Below, piece after piece: positions 59,656 to 64,000 of a stretch of DNA of 64,000 bases. This stretch comes from Eledone cirrhosa (lineage: Eukaryota), in contig OZ024743.1 of assembly GCA_964016885.1 (NCBI GenBank), positions 116,870,001-116,934,000 on the forward strand, in the 5' to 3' direction. The stretch's first letter is position 1, and each line of letters begins with the position of its first letter. The notes beneath the pieces were generated by a model, which was given only the letters and a program-made list of their open reading frames with translations, made no database searches and was not told the DNA's origin. The position numbers and the translations under genes were made by a program.

Positions 59656-62190
59656 TTATGATAATCTTCATATGACTAGACGTAGTCATCACGCGAACAC
59701 TTTATGTCAAGTTCTGGAGTTTGGAGAGAACTGCATTTTCAGTACTTTGTTACTTTAGTTATGTTTGTTGTTGTTGTTGTTGTCCTCTGGGCGTTCTTGG
59801 CCAGCCCATGTTAAACACTGTTTACATTATTGCGGTGGCGGCAATAACGAAGATGGTATTCAAAGAGGTTATGGCTAGGGCTGGAGGTAGTGATATTGGT
59901 GGTGGTGTGCCAGTTTACTGCTGATTAAAAGATATTTCATTGTGAAACATCACGAATCGAAGATCTATCGTGCCAAATGACCCTAACATGTGTCCACTGA
60001 AGCCCGTACAAGCGTTGAAGAACAACAGATGATTAAGTTGGCTTCTTGATAGAGGAAAGAGAGTTTGATAGAAACATTGAATGTTTGTTTGAGGTGGGTG
60101 GGTGAAAGAGTCAGAAGGATGAGGAGAGAAGTGTATGTAAGGGTAGGAAATGGCAGGGAGAATAAATGAAAAGCATGTAGAAACAGCAACAATATAAATG
60201 AAATATCAATTGTTTAATATTTGTTTGCTATTTTCAATTTTTTCTTTTAGTTGTTAAAAAAAGAAATATACAATATTTTTATATTATTTTCTTTTAAAGA
60301 CATTTGCTATTTTTTCGCTCCCTTCCTTCCCTCTTCTCAATTCTTGTCAAATTTTCTGATTAGAATCTAAATTGTTAACTTACATCTCCAGTTTCGATTG
60401 ATGCTAGCGAATCGATGCGTGCCCCGATGTCATAAGTATCAACCTCCTCCTTTCTCTTATACAATGAATAGCTTTCCGCATGCACGATTCGAAAATGTGG
60501 TGGAGTAGTCATATTTATCTGGCGAAGCACCAGCATATTTGGTAATTATATGAATAAAATCGCATAGATGATGGTCTCGTTATTATTATTATTTTTATTA
60601 ATGATAATTACATTTTGTTCTTTAAAGCTACGGGTCGCCAGGGGCTGCCATATATATCTACAGAATTATAAAATAATTGACTAAGGTATAAAGAAAAATG
60701 AAATTAAATTTTATTGATAAAACATGAGAGAAATATGCTCCCCCACTCTGAGTTCCTCCGATCCAGAAGATAAAAATCGGAAGATCGGCAGCAGTTGTAT
60801 TCCCTTAGTTCCAATTCGTTGACTACCAAACTGGAATTCCTTGCTTATCAAATATTAACTATTTATCTATAATACTAATAGAAACGTTTAGAATTCCCTG
60901 TGATGAATGGACATGTTATAATAATAACATATGCTAAAAATGCGGAATCATATTTCCTATATTCATTGATTTTTGGCGTTTAAAAATAGCGAATTATAAA
61001 TATTTAGTCACAAATGACTACATCAGACGACAAGGAGATCACAGCTATTTGTTTTAATAATTTACCCGCTATCCCGTTTAGTTTAGAAAGTTACATATAA
61101 GGTTATATAGATTGATTTGATACATTCATTTTTGACGCTTGAGTTAGTTGACACATACAACGAGAGAAAGCCAGACTAGATTATTTTCCGATAGAACATT
61201 TTCTACTGAACAGTTTTGATTTCAAATCCCACTGAGGTCCATTTTGTATTTCATTCCTCTCGCTTAAATCACCCTTTCTCTTCTATTCTAATTTACTTCA
61301 TGATATATAAAGTACTTATGAACTCAAAACACACAATCTCTTTTTTACATTGGACTTGATACCGGTACTTTCCAATAACCTTACCAGTGAGGTGAAGAAT
61401 TTGAACTCAGAAAGCAAAGATCCACAAGGAATGTCATCTGATGCTCTAAGAGTCTTACAAATCCACTCTCTTGGAATTGTATTTTATTTATCGGCCCTGA
61501 AAGAGTGAGAGTCACAATTAACCTCAGAAAGTTTCGAAATCAGAAATCCTTTTAGTTGACCTTTTAACCGCTTTGCCATTTCGCCACCTAGGTAAAATAG
61601 GAACAGTTAATATACTAAGAATTCTAGGAGATTTCATTTGAAAAACATTTGTTTTAACAACAATTCAAGTACGAGCCAAGGAAGGATCATCTACAAGTTT
61701 ATTGGACCTGTTTTAGAAAACATACGAATCCACGTTACATAACTACCGTCGGGTTTAGAAAAGAAAAGATGCATCGAATAATATAGTATATTATCCGAAG
61801 ATTTGACTGGAATGCTTTTGGTCACAAGATTGATCGAGACCTAACCTGAGTATAAATAACAACGACGACATCCAAAGTAACACATATTAAGAGATGTTGA
61901 TTACTTCAGGCTTATCTTAATTCTACGTTTGTTAAGTAGCTCTTAACAAACGTAGAATTTGGTATCCGAATGAAGCTACTTCACTTCAGATGGAACAGGA
62001 CATTTGCTGTGTATGTGAAATAAACATCTCATTTCTTTTTTACTACAAAAATAAGGAATAAAATCAGTTCAGAGATAATTGAAAATATTATGATGAGTTG
62101 TAAAAATACATTCACCTTTGATTTAATTTAGATTAGTTGCAATTATATACTTTAAATAAGGTTTTCATCATCAAACAGATTTGATGCTAT

Positions 62191-62289
62191 TTAACGTACC
62201 AATTCCCTTCCTTAAAGTTATGAAGAACCATATTTTTGCTACAAAAATATGGTTCTTCATAACTTTAAGGAAGGGAATTGGTACGTTAA
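62191..62289. repeat. Perfect 48-bp-arm palindrome bounded by TTAA
   Basis: Arms 62191-62238/62242-62289, loop CTA. Confidence 0.9.
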
Positions 62290-63045
62290 GCCCCCCCCCC
62301 CCCCCCATTCCAGTTTGTTAATAAATAACGTTTGGGTATATAGTAAAATGATTACTTCATTACTTAAAAAATGATTCGTATATAAAATTATGCTGGAAGA
62401 CATTATTTATATAGGAAACTTGTAATTTATAGATTTCGTTTTATAGAATCAGAGCCGGTTTTGACCGGAATGATGAATTTAAAAAAATGGTCAGAATTCA
62501 AAATGGGTACCGGGTAGACTTGATAACATCTTACAGCTGTTTCACGGTACTCGTTACTCCGAAACAATTGCAATTTCCTTACACCGATATAAGACATTGG
62601 GATTAAGGGGGAGCGAAGAAAAAGATTTTATTGACATTTACGTATTTCTCAAGGGTATCATAACTGAAATAAAATTGAAAATACTGTAACTAAGTATCAA
62701 ATTATGAAATCAGAAAAAAGTTTACTTTAAAGAGAAATAATCCTTTTTTGTTCGAAAATGTTCTTCAAAGTTTGACCAATAACGGAAATACGTTGAGGTA
62801 CGTAGCTTATTTGCCATTATCATTGGCAAATAGCATTTATTAATACTGACATTATTATTAATACTGACACTATATCATTTAAAGCAACAGCGGCGGAGCG
62901 AAGGCGGATCTGGATTTGTTTATTACTTCTTATTCCGATTATTATTATTGAGTGTTTCCGGTCATTTAATATTCACATTTATTTTGTTCTTGATACTGTT
63001 TTTTTTTATTTCAATAAACTATTGTGTTATGTTTTTTTTCTTCTT

Positions 63046-63630
63046 TTAGAATGCATTTCTGAGATCATCTGGTATAGGAAGGCTAATGAATGGATGTGCT
63101 TCTTCAGCTATGGCAAATTTGTCGGCTTTAGTCTTTATGAAAATAAGGAGGCGATTACTCCTAAATTGATTGATAGTGGAACGGTATGCGTCCTTCGCAG
63201 CTAATAGAGTATCATAACGATACCATGAATAATGATTTGGAAAGACAGACGTATACAAATAGATCCGGCAATTCATCAATGTAGCAAGAGCCTGTAAGAC
63301 AACTTCAAAATCGATGCATTCCTCGGAGTTAAGCCTTTTCAACACAGTGTTAGGGTTCGTACTATGCCAGTTGAAATTGAGATTTCGAAAGACGTCTAGA
63401 AATGCTGTTATCAAGAGACGGTATTCGGTGTAATGATTTTCTGTTCCTGTCAAAACTTTACTCACAACGCGAAATAGTGTATCTGCACCGGTGTCCTCGA
63501 CGCATGTAATCCTTTTGTCCTTTAAATCTATATGAGTATGTCCCACTGTAGGGCATATAATAAATTCAGTGAAGTATTTTCGTTTGTCTCTCCGATGTTT
63601 CGCTAGATGATAATTTCTAGCAGCATCCAT
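63046..63630 (-). CDS. OTU-fold protein, predicted catalytically inactive, 194 aa
   Basis: GADTLFRVVSKVLTGTENHYTEYR resembles the OTU motif GDGNCLFRAxS..G.E..H..LR; LQALATLMNCRIYLY resembles EI.A.A.LL...I.VY; complex-sequence ORF with AATAAA ~35 nt after the stop. Confidence 0.55.
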   Translation of the reverse strand: MDAARNYHLAKHRRDKRKYFTEFIICPTVGHTHIDLKDKRITCVEDTGADTLFRVVSKVLTGTENHYTEYRLLITAFLDVFRNLNFNWHSTNPNTVLKRLNSEECIDFEVVLQALATLMNCRIYLYTSVFPNHYSWYRYDTLLAAKDAYRSTINQFRSNRLLIFIKTKADKFAIAEEAHPFISLPIPDDLRNAF

Positions 63631-64000
63631 CGATTAAATGAATATTATCAATAGTTTCTTTTGATTGGGTAAAATAAAAAAAATAAAAATAAAGTATAAT
63701 TTTTGTGTTTTGTTTCCCCCAAATAAAAATTTGAAAACTGCTGGATATTGATGCAAACAACGTCAATAACCTCAAAGAATGATTACCATGTAAAGCCAAT
63801 ATATCCCTGTTGTCGAAATTTAGTTACCTCCACAAAGATTCAAAAATACATTCGTCTTTATGACGTCACAGTAATCAAATCGTTTCTACTCGTAACAGTT
63901 GAATTAATACAGGAAGCTAGCCATTTGATTTGAAATCCAAACTGAGAAGTTTAAAAATATTGATTTCTCATATTGGTTCAAGACCGCTAATACGCAGGGA

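Overview
AT-rich, microsatellite-saturated animal genomic DNA. The repeat landscape looks cephalopod/octopus-like (inference). The window is almost entirely nested transposable elements. (1) One intact RTE-clade LINE (8009-11554, minus; APE endonuclease + RT + three C-terminal C2H2 zinc fingers), flanked by ~610-bp bipartite non-autonomous derivatives stacked in (TACA)n tracts with a conserved, structured 5' end. (2) Many Penelope-like element (PLE) pseudo-LTRs of different families inserted in (TA)n. About ten carry recognisable minimal type-I hammerhead ribozyme folds (CTGANGA..GAAA, tiny palindromic stem III). Several are perfect 340-400-bp palindromes or inverted repeats that place a hammerhead on both strands. 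(3) Degenerate LINE fragments, tRNA-derived SINEs, mariner, hAT and Helitron-like elements. (4) One plausible single-exon gene (63046-63630, minus) encoding an OTU-fold protein lacking catalytic Cys/His. Most listed ORFs are microsatellite artefacts. All structures were folded by eye; none is tested.
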